From positions 195,176,001-195,240,000 of the forward strand of contig OX597814.1 in the NCBI GenBank assembly GCA_951406725.2: a stretch of 64,000 bases of DNA, in the 5' to 3' direction. The DNA comes from Octopus vulgaris (taxonomy: Eukaryota). Under the pieces are notes generated by a model. The model was not told the origin of the DNA and ran no database searches. It worked only from the letters and a program-made list of their open reading frames with translations. The translations under genes were made by a program, and so were the position numbers. Each line of letters begins with the position of its first letter. Positions within the stretch are counted from its first letter, which is position 1. Positions 25,705 to 38,773 of the stretch are shown here, piece by piece.

Positions 25705-26120
25705 GATTTAGTTTTCCTTTTAGTTTCCAAAATACAAAAATGCGCTGAGTCATACAGACTGTCTGCAAATGCGCATGCGCATTCAACTGTCAAAGGTAAT
25801 ATCATCTCCGTCCAATCAAAAAACAGCTGGCAATCTATTGGCGTATCTAGCTGTATGCACGCATCGCGTACAAATTTCTTAGCGATTTTGAATGGATATG
25901 TCCATAACTTATGGGCATAAGAGGTCGGTTTATCGATTTTTTAATGGCTTTCTGGGGTGACTGCAGAAATGAAAAGATCTTCACGATCACCTTCAGACAG
26001 TTTTGAAAGCCCATAGAAAATGTGAGCCTTTTACGTGAAAAACTGTGGATTTGTATAAAGGACACACAGACACACAGACACACAGATATACAGACATTTT
26101 GCCGTTTATAGATATAGAGA
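25705..26120 (-). mobile_element. Possible non-autonomous Helitron-like fragment
   Basis: Minus strand A|TCTCTATATCTATAAACGGCAAAATGTCTG followed by (TGTGTGTC)n. No 3' CTRR/hairpin found. Confidence 0.45.
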
Positions 26121-26199
26121 TATCACCGTAAAATTTAATTTTGGATAGTATGATCCGACTAGTGCCGAGCGATCTCATTACATTTAATCATCCATTAAT

Positions 26200-26745
26200 C
26201 CATGTCGGATGAAATGCTTAGCAGCATTTCTTCCGGCTTTACGTTCTTGGTTGTAACATTCTTTTGGGGTTGATAGAATAAATATTAGCTGGGCCTTGGG
26301 GTCGATGTAATCGACTCCTCCCTACCCGGAAACTGCTGGCCTTGCGCCAAAACCTGAAACCGATATAACCTAAGGGGGAGAGGTGATAGAGTCGTGAGTA
26401 CGCCGGACGAAGTGCTTTATCTTCTGAGATCAAATACTGCTGAGGTCGACGTTGCCTTTCATTCTTTCAGGGTCGATAAATTAAGTACCAGTTGCATACT
26501 GGGGTCGATCTAATCGGCTGCCCCCCCCCAAAAAAAAATTCAGGTTTTGTGCATAGAGTAGAAAAGAATCGTTAGCACGCCGGACGAAATGTTTAGCGAC
26601 GTTGCATCCACCTTAACGTTTTGAGTTCAAATACTGTCAAAGTCAGCTTTGTTTTTTTATCCTTTCAGGGTCGACAAAATAAAACACCAGTCAAATTAAT
26701 TGACTAATCCTCTTTCTAAAATTGCTGACATTGCGTGAAAATTAG
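26200..26745 (+). mobile_element. Degenerate SINE family 2 cluster
   Basis: Several cores gaggtcgacgttgcctttcattctttcagggtcgataaattaagtaccag. Confidence 0.7.
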
Positions 26746-27486
26746 AAAGATTTAATATCCACCGACTTTAGGCAGAAAGCTGGCAGAATTATTTGCTGGT
26801 TAGTATGCCGGACGAAAAGCTTTGAAACCAATGTAATCCGCTAGCTCAAAAGAAATCTTCAGGCAACAAGCTTCTTGTAATATAAATCTCCAGCCACCCG
26901 CTTCTATAAAACTATTCCCCTCAGATGTTTTCTTTTAGTATCCTGCTCAAAAACCACAATAACAGCCAGAGAGAGGAACTTCAAATTTAAATTTCCGCTA
27001 ACTGACATTTTGAACCTAATAAATTATACAGAATATATAACAGACCAGTTCAATAGGTAGAAAGACTCAAAAGATAACTAGAGATCAATATATCTTGTCT
27101 GTTACATGGTAGCTATGATTATTAATCAACTTTGATCAATGGATCTGCCTTCTAGTAACATTAATCTTCATAGCTTTATTCAATCTTCAGTTCCTTCTGA
27201 TTACGTCTTTTTAACATAAATAGATTAATAGATTTTTCAAATCTTAATGAATCTCTCATCTTCACTGAACTTCTAAGGTTTTTAGATTGACTAATATCAG
27301 AGGAAAAAGAAGTGCCATCCACCTCTCACCCGAGAGATATTGACGCTGTTATTCAAGATGGCTGCCCCGATCTGAAACCAAGGCAAAACAGTTTGTAACA
27401 AAGAGCTATCAATTATAGTCATCACTGTGATAATGTATTCTTTACAGAGACAATAATCACGCACGAAAGTTTTCTGAGAAAAGTTA

Positions 27487-27491
27487 GTGAG

Positions 27492-27550
<59 letters not shown>

Positions 27551-27620
27551 TAGCGGGAGAGGGAGAGAGAGGAGAGAAACAGAAAGAGAGAGAAAGAGAG
27601 GGACAGAAAGAGAGAGAGAG

Positions 27621-27657
<37 letters not shown>

Positions 27658-28156
27658 AAGGGAGAAACGGAAAGAGAAAGATAGAATTGGAGAGAGAGAG
27701 GAGAGAGAAACGGAGAAAGAGGGGAAATAGTGACGGAAGGAGAGGGGAAAGAACGAGGGAAAGCGAAAGAGAGAAAAAGGAAGAGAGACAGGGGGAAATA
27801 CAGAGGGGAAGAAACAGAGAGAAAGACACCAAGAGGGAGAGACAGAGAGAAAAACAGAGGGAGAGAGAAAGAGAGAAAGAAGGAGAGAAAGAGAGAGAGA
27901 GAAGTAGAGGGAGAGTGAGAAAAAGTGAGAAAAGAGAGAATGAAAAAAAGAAGTAGAGAAAGAGAGGGAGAAAGTGACAGTGAATGAGGAAGAGAAGAAG
28001 AGAGAGAAAGAAAACGACTGAATGTAAAAGAAAGAGAAACAAATAGAAAGAGAGATAGAGAGAGCGAGAGAGCGAGAAGGAGTGGGAAAATGAGAGAGAT
28101 GGGGAAAGAGAGAAAGATAGGGAAAGATGCAGAGAGAGAAAGTGTGTGTGTGTGAG

Positions 28157-28220
<64 letters not shown>
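27487..28220. repeat. Polypurine (GA-rich) low-complexity tract plus (TG)n
   Basis: Seen directly. Confidence 0.95.
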
Positions 28221-28223
<3 letters not shown>

Positions 28224-28704
28224 AACTGAAATAGAAAATTTACGATATTTAATCTCTATGAAATATTTGAAAGCCAGCGATGAGTTAGTGTTGATGTGAT
28301 TATTTGGGTCATTAACTTCACCTTAAGAGATGAAACACTTATCAATATTTATATCTACATTCAAATTCCGCCGAGGTCGACTTCGGTTATCATCCTTTCG
28401 TGGTTGATAAAATAAGTACCAGCCGAACAATATTTATATCTACATGACGCTTCCGTCAATTCCAACGCCATTCACATTTCACAGCTTCCCAAAAGTCATC
28501 AATGAGGACAAATTTCTTGTAACATTATCGTACCCAATGCATGCGAAAATATTCTATACGGGATTCAGAACTGAGCTCTGATTTGTCCAGAACACGATAT
28601 TCAAGGAGCTTTCACGAACTCCTTTTTATTTGCTCTTTCAATGGGGAACGGAGAATCGGTGTGTTCCAAGAATTACTTTGTTCGTGTTCGGTCGGAGAAA
28701 TTGC

Positions 28705-28921
28705 GAAAGGCGGTGAGCTGGCAGAAACGTTAGCACGCCGGGCGAAATGCCGCTACGTTCTGAGTTCAAATTCCGCCGAGGTCGACTTTGCCTTTCATCC
28801 TTTTCGGGGTCGATTAAATAAGTACCCGTTACGCACTGGAGTCGATGTCATCAACTTAATCCCTTTGTCTGTCCTTGTTTGTCCTCTTTATGTTTAGCCC
28901 CCTGTAGGCAATAAAGAAATA
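28705..28921 (+). mobile_element. SINE family 2 inserted upstream of the first array tRNA
   Basis: gaaaggcggtgagctggcagaaacgttagcacg...aataaagaaata interrupts the array upstream sequence. Confidence 0.8.
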
Positions 28922-28991
28922 CAAATATTATTCTAGCGCAAATATTCTAGATGTACAAACTTGAGAATGCGCACCAGCGGCTGGTCTTATG

Positions 28992-29063
28992 TCCATTACC
29001 GTCCAGTGGTCAGGACCCCACGTTGTGGCTGTGGTAATCCAGGTTCGAATCCTGGTCACGGTA
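28992..29063 (+). pseudogene. tRNA-His pseudogene
   Basis: 5' acceptor strand degenerate (tccattacc); rest recognisable. Confidence 0.85.
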
Positions 29064-30233
29064 GATCGGTTAATTTATTTTTCATATCCTTTTTTTTTCT
29101 TTTTATTGATTTTCTTTATATACTGCAATATGATATCGCAGCGATATCTGCTTAAGTAATTTGTATTTATTTTATATTGTTGATAAATTATTTTGCTTTT
29201 GTTTTCTCCAGGAAATGGTTTCTTCACGCTGGGAAGTGATCACAACTCTAACAATGTTAGGTATTCCAATGCAGTAATTGACTGTTCACGCCCTTTAAAC
29301 AAACAGCTGCAGAGGAAAATGCATCCCATACTGGGATTCCAACACGTCTATGATTCATGGCCGTTGAAATCAACTCAGAGAGGAAACTCTTATCGGTTCT
29401 GCGAAGGCAACGTACTGTGATACCATTACAAAGCTCAGAAATCTTGATTCGTTCACTCCAGAGGACTTTCTGAAACCAGTCTGAATCATTGATACCATAC
29501 TTGGACAAAAACGTGCACCCGGTGCCTAATATCTTTAGTACGCTGGGCAAAAGGATTACCGGCATTTCGCCTGTCTTCCCATTTTGAGTTCAAACTTTGC
29601 CGAGGACTGAACCACCGTTACCATACTTGCCCAAAACAGTGCAACCGATGCTTAATATTTTTCTAGGTGAACAAGTCCGCCAAGGTCGACTTTGCCTTTC
29701 ATGTTTTTGGGGTCGGAAAAAATAAATGCCAGTTGATCACTGGGGTCGATGTCATCGACTTAGCCCCTTCCCCAAACCAGTAGCCCTTGTGCTAAAATTT
29801 GAAACCAATATTTTTCTTGGTGAACTGGCAGAATCGTTAGCACGTCGGGAAAAGTGCTTAGCAACATTTCGCCCTTCTTCTAATTTTGAGTTCAAATCTT
29901 GCTGAGGACTATTTTACTTTTCATCCTTTTGGGCTGAATAAAACAAGTACTAGTTGAGAAATGGTATTGATATAATGGACTTACTCCATCCCAGAAAAAT
30001 TTCAGGCATTGTGCTTTCTCATAGAAAAGATTATCCTATTAAAAATTACAAATCCACGAAGAAACCCCCAAGGGCATGCAGAAATAACTCTATAGATTAA
30101 TATGGATTAACATATTACTTCGATTTACTTTTGTCCAGGAAACTACTTTTTCAACGCTCGGAAGCAATCTTAGTCTATCGCCATTATTATAGATGCACAT
30201 AATTTAAAAGATAGCGCTATAGCTGGTCTGGTT

Positions 30234-30306
30234 GCCGTGATCGTCTAGTGGTTAGGCTCCCAACGTCGTAACTGTGATAACCCAGCTTCGAATCCTGATA
30301 ACGGCA
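30234..30306 (+). pseudogene. tRNA-His pseudogene
   Basis: Anticodon arm disrupted (loop TCGTAAC); B box mutated (GCTTCGA). Confidence 0.85.
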
Positions 30307-30466
30307 GGTAGGTTAATTATTGCTCTTGTACATTATTTTTTGTTTCGTATTTTATTGATTTTCTATATATTCTGCAATGCGATATCGCAGCGATATCTCT
30401 TTACGTTGTTTGCATTACTTTTATATGTAATTTTATATTTCAAAGTTTTCTGAGTGTTTGTCTCTG

Positions 30467-30750
30467 GGAGCTGGCAGAATGGTTAGCACCCCAAGCTAAA
30501 TGCTAAGCGGTATTTCGTCTGCCGCTACGTTCTGAGTTCAAATTCCGCCGAGGTCGACTTTGCCTTTCATCCTTTCGGGGTCGATTAAATTAGTACCAGT
30601 TACGCACTGGGGTCGATATAATCGACTTAATCCGTTTGTTTGTCCTTGTTTGCCCTCTCTGTGTTTAGCCCCTTGTGGGTAGTAAAGAAATAGGTATTTT
30701 GTCCGTCTTTCGAGTGCTGCGTTCAAATTCAGTCGAGGTCAACTTTCTTT
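30467..30750 (+). mobile_element. SINE family 2
   Basis: Well-preserved family-2 core and tail. Confidence 0.8.
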
Positions 30751-31078
30751 TTTCCTACTTCCACATCTCACAGTCCCCAAAAATTCACCAGAGATGGCAA
30801 ATTTCTTGTTACAAGTTCGTATGGAAAGCATGCGAATATATCCTACACGTGATTCAAACTTGAACTCTGACTTTTCCAGAACATGATATTCACTGAGTTT
30901 TTCGCGAATAATTTTCAAGATGTTTTGACAGTTTTAGCAGGAGAAGAGCTTCGTTGAAAAAATTATTTTGTGTTCTTGACCGAGAAATTGATTTGTTCAC
31001 CCTGAGAAATAATCGTATTCTAGCGCCAATATTCTAGATATAGATAACTGAAAGCGCATTCCAACAGCCGGTCTCTCG

Positions 31079-31150
31079 GCCGTGATCGTCTAGTGGTTAG
31101 GACCCCACGTTGTGGCCGTGGTAACCCAGGTTCGAATCCTGGTCACGGCA
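31079..31150 (+). tRNA. trnH-GUG: tRNA-His(GTG), consensus, genomic G-1
   Basis: Exact consensus; preceded by tctcg. Confidence 0.97.
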
Positions 31151-31800
31151 GATCAACTAATTCATTTTTAATACATATTTTTCTCTTTTTATTGATTTTC
31201 TTAATATACTGCAATGTAATATCACAGCGACCTCTGTTTAAGTTATTTGTTATATTTTTAGGTTATAATTTTACATTTCAATGTTTTTCTGAGAGGAAGC
31301 ACGTCTCTAATTTCGCAGTGTGGGTCGGAATATTGCTTTGTTGATAAATTACTTTGCTTTTGTTTTCTCCAGGAAATCGTTTCTTCTCACAGGGAAGTAA
31401 TAATTTCTCTAAGAATTTTAGGTATTCCAATGCAGTAATTGACTGTTCACGCCCAGTAAACAAATTAAGGGCTGAAGAGGAAAATGCATCCCATACTAGG
31501 ATTCCACCTGGTCTACGATTCGTAGCTGTTGAAATCCACTCATAGAGAGGTGTCTCTTATCGGTTCTGTGAAGGCAACGTTCAGTGGTACCATTACAATG
31601 CTCAAATCTTGATTCGTCCACTCCAGCTGATTTCTGAAACCAGTCTGAGTCATCGTTACCCTCCTTGGCCAAAACAGTTCAACCAGTGCTTAATATTTCT
31701 CTAGGTGAACAAGTTCCCCCGAGGTCGACTTTGCCTTTCATGTTTTTGTGGTGGAAAATAATAAGTACCAGTTGATCATTGGGGTCGATGTAACTGACTT

Positions 31801-31823
31801 AGGTTCGAATCCTGGTCACGCCA
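31801..31823 (+). pseudogene. tRNA-His 3' fragment at a deletion junction
   Basis: aggttcgaatcctggtcacgcca fused to SINE sequence actgactt. Confidence 0.8.
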
Positions 31824-32826
31824 GAATGGCTAATTTAATTTTCATACACATTTTTCTCTTTTTACTGATTTTCTTAATATACTGCAATGTAATATCACAG
31901 CGACCTCTGTTTAAGTTATTTGTTATATTTTTAGGTTATAATTTTAGATTTCAATGTTTTTCTGAGAGCAAGCACGTCTCTAATTTCGCACTGTGGGCCG
32001 GAATATTGCTGTTTTGATAAATTACTTTGCTTTTGTTTTCTCCAAGTAATCGTTTCTTCACACAGGGAAGTAATCCTATCTCCAAGAATTTTAAGTATTC
32101 CAATGCAGTAATTGACTGTTCACGCCCAGTAAACAAACTAAGGGCTGCAAAGGAAAATGCATCCCATACTAGGATTCCACCTAGTCTACGGTTCTGTAGA
32201 GGTAACGTTCTGTGGTACTATTACAAGGTTCAAATCTTGATTCGTCCACTCCAGAGGACTTTCTGAAACCAGTCTGAGCCATCGTTACCACACTTGTCCA
32301 AAAAATGCAACTGGTGCTTAATATTTCTCTAGGTGAACAAGTTCCGCCGAGGTCGACTTTGCCTTTCATGTTTTTGTGGTGGAAAAAAATAAGTACCAGT
32401 TGATCACTGGGGTCGATGTAACTGACTTAGTCCTTCTTCGAACCTGCTGCCCTTGTGCCAAAATTCGAAACCAATATTTTTCTTGGTGAACTGGCAGAAT
32501 CGTTAGCTCGCCGGGCAAAGTGCTTAGCAACATTTCGCTGAGGACTATTTTAATTTTCATCCTTTTGGGCTGAATGATATAAGTACCAGTTGAGCACTGG
32601 AGTTGATATAATCGACTTACTCCCTCCCGGAAAAATTTCAGGCCTTGTGCCAAAGTAGAAAGGATTAACTTATTACATATTACAAAGCTGTTCACAGCTT
32701 CGTTGAAAAAATTATTTTGTGTTTTGTCCGCGAAATTGATTTGTTCACCCTGGGAAATAATCGTGTTCTACCGCCAGTATTCTAGATAGAGATACTTGGA
32801 TAGCTAATCGAGCAGCTGGTCTGTCA

Positions 32827-32898
32827 GCCGTGATCGTCTAGTGGTTAGGACCCCACGTTGTGGCCGTGATAACCCAGGTTCGAATCCTGGTCACGGCA
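32827..32898 (+). tRNA. trnH-GUG: tRNA-His(GTG) variant
   Basis: One change, CGTGA at the top of the anticodon stem; A-1. Confidence 0.88.
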
Positions 32899-34850
32899 GT
32901 ATCAGCTACTTTACTTTGCTTTTTATGTATATTTTTCTGTTAACAGGGTACGATGTGATATGGCATCTGTTTAAGTTATTTGTATTACTTTTAAATATAA
33001 TTTTAGATTTGGGAGCTTTACTAGTCGCGAGTTACTTTTGCATTGTGGAGTGGAATATTACTTTGTTGATAAATTACTTTGTTTTTGTTTCCTGTAGAAA
33101 ATGGTTTCTTCACACTGGGAATTAAGCGTATCTCTAACAATGTTAGGTATTTCAATGCAGTAATTGACTGTTCACGCCCTTTAAACAACTAACGGCTGCA
33201 GAGGAAAATGCATCCCATACTGGGATTCCACTTCGTCTATAATTCATAGGTATTGAAATCCACTCAGTGAGGGATCTCTTATCAGTTCTGTTAAAGCAAC
33301 GTTCTGTGGTACCATTACAAAAGTTCGAATTCTGATTCATCCATTCCAAAGGACTTTCTGTAACCAATCTGAGACATCGTTACCACACTTGTCCAAAAAA
33401 ATGCAACTGGTGCTTAATATTTTTCTAGAGTAACAAGTTCCGCCGACGTCGACTTTGCCTTCCATGTTTTTGTGTTAGAAAATAATGAGTACCAGTTGAT
33501 CCCTGGGGTCGATGTAACTGACTTAGCTCCTAACTCGAACCTGCTGCCCTTGTGCCAAAATTTGAAACAAATATTTTTCTTGATGAACTGGCAGAATCGT
33601 TAGCTCGTCGGGCAAAGTGCTTAGCAAGATTTCGCCCTTCTTTCCATTTCGAGTTCAAATTTCGCTGAGGATTATTTTAATTTTCATCCTTTTAGGCTGA
33701 ATAATATAAGTACCAGTTGAGCACTGGAGTTGATAAAATCGACTTACTCCCTCCCAGAAAAATTTCAGGCCTTGTGCCAAAGTAGAAAGGATTAACTTAT
33801 CACATATTACAAATCCATACAAAACACCCACAAGAACATGCAGAAATAAATCTATAGTTTAATATGGAATAACACATCCGTTTCCTTTCTTGAAAAAAAA
33901 AATTCCTTTGAGCAAACAATCGGATTATTATTTTCTTGCATCAAGAAATATCGCTGTTGTCCCATTCGCGTTTCAGAGTTTCCCAATATTTATTAGAGAC
34001 AGTAAATTTTCTTGTGAGAAGATCATGCCCAGAGCATGTCTTAATATTGTACACGGGATTAAAAACTGAACTCTGACATGTCCACAATACGATATTCAAG
34101 GAATTTTCGAAGATCTACTTTTCAGTTGTTTCTGCAGCGTGGACAAGTGTTGCTTTGTTGAAAAATTACTTTGATTTTAGCTAATTAAAAAATCCCTATA
34201 AAAGATGAAAGCAATAACTATACTGGGGAGCAATGCTTTATGCCACTTTAACATGGCTGTTCCGTAGAAAGCGACGTTATCGTTAATTGAAGCCGATGGG
34301 AACTCCTCCTGCAGCTGGTTATTCGATGCAATCTCCATCCGATATATACTGCAAGCAAGGGAGTGAACCCCTACCATGATAAAACCACGAGATCACCAGA
34401 CGGCACGGTTACATCCTTTATGCGGTTATACTCTGTGATGGACTTAGTTCCTTCCCTGAAGTTGCTGGCATTGTACCAACATTTGAAAATGATATTTATA
34501 TCTGCATTACGTTTCCATCAATTACAACGCCATTCGCTTTTCATAGTTTCCCAAAACTCGTCAGAGATGTCAAATTTCTTGTAACAAGATCGTAGCAAAT
34601 GCATGCGAAAATATTCTCTACGTGATTCAAACGTGAGCACTGATTTGTCCAGAAAACGATATTCACTGAGTTTTTCACGAATTATTTTCAGGATGTTTTT
34701 ACAGTGTGAGCTGGAGAACAGCTTCGTTGAAAAAATTATTTTGTGTTTTGTCGGCGAAATTGATCTAATCACTCTGGGAAATAATCATATTCTACTGCCA
34801 GTATTCTAGATAGAGATAATTGGAAAGCCGAGCCAGCAGCTGGTCTCTCG

Positions 34851-34922
34851 GCCGTGATCGTCTAGTGGTTAGGACCCCACGTTGTGGCCGTGGTAGCCCA
34901 GGTTCGAATCCTGGTCACGGCA
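34851..34922 (+). tRNA. trnH-GUG: tRNA-His(GTG) variant, G-1
   Basis: Variable loop TAGC. Confidence 0.92.
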
Positions 34923-36700
34923 GTATCAGCTAGTTTACTTTTTCATACATATTTTTCTCTTTTTATTGATTTTCTTAATAGAGTACGATGTGATATGGCA
35001 GCGACATCTGTTTAATCTATTTGTATTACTTTTATATATAACTTTAGATTTGGAAGTTTCACTAGTCTCGAGCATCACTCTGCTTTTGCATTGTGGGACG
35101 GAATATTTCTTTGTTGATAAATTACCTTGTTTTCGTTTCTTGTAGAAAATTGCTTCTTCACGCTTGGAATTAAACGCATCTCTAACAATGTTAGGTCTTC
35201 CAATGCAGTAATTGACTGTTCACGCCCTTTAAACAAACTAACAGCTGCAGAGGAAAATGCATCCCATACTAGGATTACACCACGTCTATAATTCATAGCT
35301 GTTGAAATCCACTCAGTGAGGGATCCCTTATCAGTTCTGTTAAAGCAACGTTCTGTGGTACCGTTACAAAAGTTCGAATTCTGATTCATCCATTCCAAAG
35401 GACTTTCGGAAAACAGTCTGAATCATCGTTACCACACTTGTTCAAAAAAGTGCAACCGGTGCTTAATATTTTTCTAGGGTAACAAGTTCCGACAAGGTCG
35501 ACTTTGCCTTTTATGTTTTTGTGGTGGAAACCAATATTTTACTTGGTGAATTAGCAGAATCGTTAGCACGCGGAGGAAAGTGCTTCGCAACATTTCGCCC
35601 TTTTTTCCATTTCGAGTACAAATTTCGAGGACTATTTTACTTTTTATTCTTTTGGGGTCAATAAAATAAGTAGCATTTGAGCACTGGAGATGATATAATC
35701 GACTTACTCCCTCCCAGAAAAATTTCAGGCCTTGTGCCAAAGTACAAAGGATTAATTTATTGCTTATTACAAATCCATAAAAACCGCCCACAAGAACATG
35801 CAGAAATAAATCTATAGTTTAATACGGAATAGCACATCCGTTTCCTTTCATCAAAAAAAAAATTCCTTTGAGCAAACAATCGGATTATTATTTTCTTGCA
35901 TCAAGAAATATCGCTGTTGTCCCATTCGCGTTCTAGAGATTCTCAATATTTATTAGAGACAGTCAATTTTCTTGTGAGAAGATCATGCCCAGAGCATGTC
36001 TTAGTATTGTACACAATACGATATGTCCACAATACGATATTCAAGGAATTTTCAAAGATCTACTTTTCAGTTGCTTCTGCAGTGTGGTCAAGTGATGCTT
36101 TGTTGAAAAATTACTTTGATTTTAGCTAATTAGAAAATCCCTATAAAAGATGAAAGGAGTAACTATACTGGGAAGCAATGCTTTATGCCACTTTAACATG
36201 GCTGTTCCGTAGAAAGCGACTTTACCGTTATTTGAAGCCGATGGGAATTTATCCTGCAGCTGGTTATTCGATGTAATCTGCATCCGATATATACTGCAAG
36301 CAGGGGAGTGAACACCTACCATGATATAGCCACGAGATCACCAGACGGCACGGTTACGACCTCTATGTTGTCATACTCTGTGATGGACTTAGTTCCTTCC
36401 CTGAAGTTGTTGGCATTGTGCCAACATTTGAAAACAATATCGTATCGAATGCATACGAAAATATTCTCTACGTGATTCATACTTGAGCACTGACTTGTCC
36501 AGAAAACGATATTCACTGAGTTTTTCACGAACTATTTACAAGATGTATCTACAGTGTGAGCAGGAGAACAGCTTCGTTTAAAAAATTATTTTGTGTTTTG
36601 TCTACGAAATTGATTCGTTCACTCTGGGAAATAATCATGTTCTACCGCCAGGATTCTTGATAGAGATAATTGGATAGCTAATCGAGCAGCTGATCTGTCA

Positions 36701-36772
36701 GCCGTGATCGTCTAGTGGTTAGGACCCCACGTTGTGGCCGTGGTAACCCAGGTTCAAATCCTGGTCACGGCA
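36701..36772 (+). tRNA. trnH-GUG: tRNA-His(GTG) variant
   Basis: T loop TTCAAAT; A-1. Confidence 0.92.
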
Positions 36773-38700
36773 GTATCAGCTACATTACTCTACATTTTAT
36801 GTATATTTTTCTGTTAACAGAGTACGATGTGATATGGCATCTGTTTAAGTGATTTGTATTACTTTTATATATAATTTTAGATTTGGGAGCTTTACTAGTC
36901 GCGAGTTACTTTTGCATTGTGGAGTGGAATATTACTTTGTTGATAAATTACTTTGTTTTTGTTTCCTGTAGAAAATGGTTTGTTCACGCTGGGAATTAAA
37001 CGTATCTCTAACAATGTTCGGTATTCCAATGCAGTAACTGACTATACACGCCCAGTAAACAAACTAAAGGCTGCAGAGGAAAATGCATCCCATACTGGGA
37101 TTCCTCCTCGTCTATAATTCATAGGTACTGAAATCCACTCAGTGAGGGATCCCTTATCAGTTCTGTGAAAGCAACGTTCTGTGCTACCATTACAAAAGTT
37201 TAAATTCTGATTCATCCATTGCAAAGGACTTTCGGAAACCAGTCTGAATAATCGTTACCACTCTTGTTCAAAAAAGTGCAACCGGTGCTTAATATTTTTC
37301 TAGGTGAACAAGTTCCGACAAGGTCGACTTTGCCTTTTATGTTTTTGTGGTGGAAAATAATAAGTACCTGTTGATCCCTAGGGTCGATGTAATTGACTTA
37401 GCCCCTTCCCCAAACCTGCTGCCATTGGGCCAAAATTTGAAACCAATATTTTTCTTGGTGAATTAGCAGAATCGTTAGCACGCGGAGCAAAGTGCTTCGC
37501 AACGTTTCGCCCTTCTTTCCATTTCGAGTTAAAATTTCGCGAAGGACTATTTTATTTTTTATCCTTTTGGGGGTCAATGAAATAAGTGGCATTTGAGCAC
37601 TAGAGATGATATAATCGACTTAATCCTTTCTACTTATGCCAAAGTAGAAAGGATTAATTTATTGCTTATCACAAATCCATAAAGAACATGCAGAAATAAA
37701 TCTATAGATTAACAAGGAATAACATATCCGTTTACTTTCTTGACAAAAAAATTTCTTTCAGCAAACTATCGGATTATTATTTTCTTGCATCAAGAAATAT
37801 CGCGATTGCCCCATTCGCGTTTCAGAGATTCTCAATATTTATTAGAGACAGTAAATTTTCTTGTGAGAAGATCATACTCAGAGCATGTCTTAATATTGTA
37901 CGCCGGATTAAAAACTGAACTCTGCCAAGTCCACAATACGATATTCAAGGAATTTTCAAAGATCTACTTTTCAGGTGCTTCTGCAGTGTGGAGAAGTGTT
38001 GCTGTGTTGAAAAATTACTTTGATTTTAGCTAATTACAAACATCTCTATAAAAGATGAAAGGAGTAACTATACTGGGAAGCAATGCTTTATGCCACTTTA
38101 ACATGGCTGTTCCGAAGGAAGCGACGTTACCGTTATTTGAAGACGATGAGAACTCCTCCTGCAGCTGGTTATTTGATGCAATCTGCATCCGATATATATT
38201 GCAAGCAAGGGAGTGAACCCCTACCATGATAAAACCATGAGATCACCAGACGGCACGGTTACGTCCTATATGCGGTCATACTCTGTGATGGACTTAGTTC
38301 CTTCCCTGAAGTTGCTGGCATTGTACCAACATTTGAAAATGATATTTATATCTGCATTACGTTTCCATCAATTACAACGCCATTCACTTTTCATAGTTTC
38401 CCAAAATTCAATCAGAGATGGCAAGTTTCTTGAAACAAGATCGTAGCAAATACATACGAAAATATTCTCTACGTGATTCATGCTCGAGCACTGACCCTTC
38501 CAGAACACGATATTCACTGAGTTTTTCACGAACTATTTACAAGATGCATTTACAGTGTGAGCAGGAGAACAGCTTCGTTGAAAAATTATTTTATGTTTTG
38601 TCCGCGAAATTGATTTGTTCACGCTGGGAAATAATCGTGTTCTACCGCAAGTATTCTAGATATAGATAATTGGAAACCTAATCGAGCAGCTTGTCTGTCA

Positions 38701-38773
38701 GCCGTGATCGTCTAGTGGTTAGGACCTCCACGTTGTGGCCGTCGTAACCCAGGTTCAAACCCTGGTCACGGAA
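38701..38773 (+). pseudogene. tRNA-His probable pseudogene
   Basis: 1-nt insertion (ggacctccacg), CGTCG stem mismatch, TTCAAAC, acceptor end cacggaa. Confidence 0.8.

Noticed and set aside
25683-25805. N-terminal extension MILPLTVEC... of the RT ORF
   Set aside because: It lies largely in sequence that appears to belong to a different repeat; probably a chance open frame.
26870-27420. Possible decayed coding or TE fragment (also 12100-12330)
   Set aside because: I could not recognise any motif by eye; a database search is needed.
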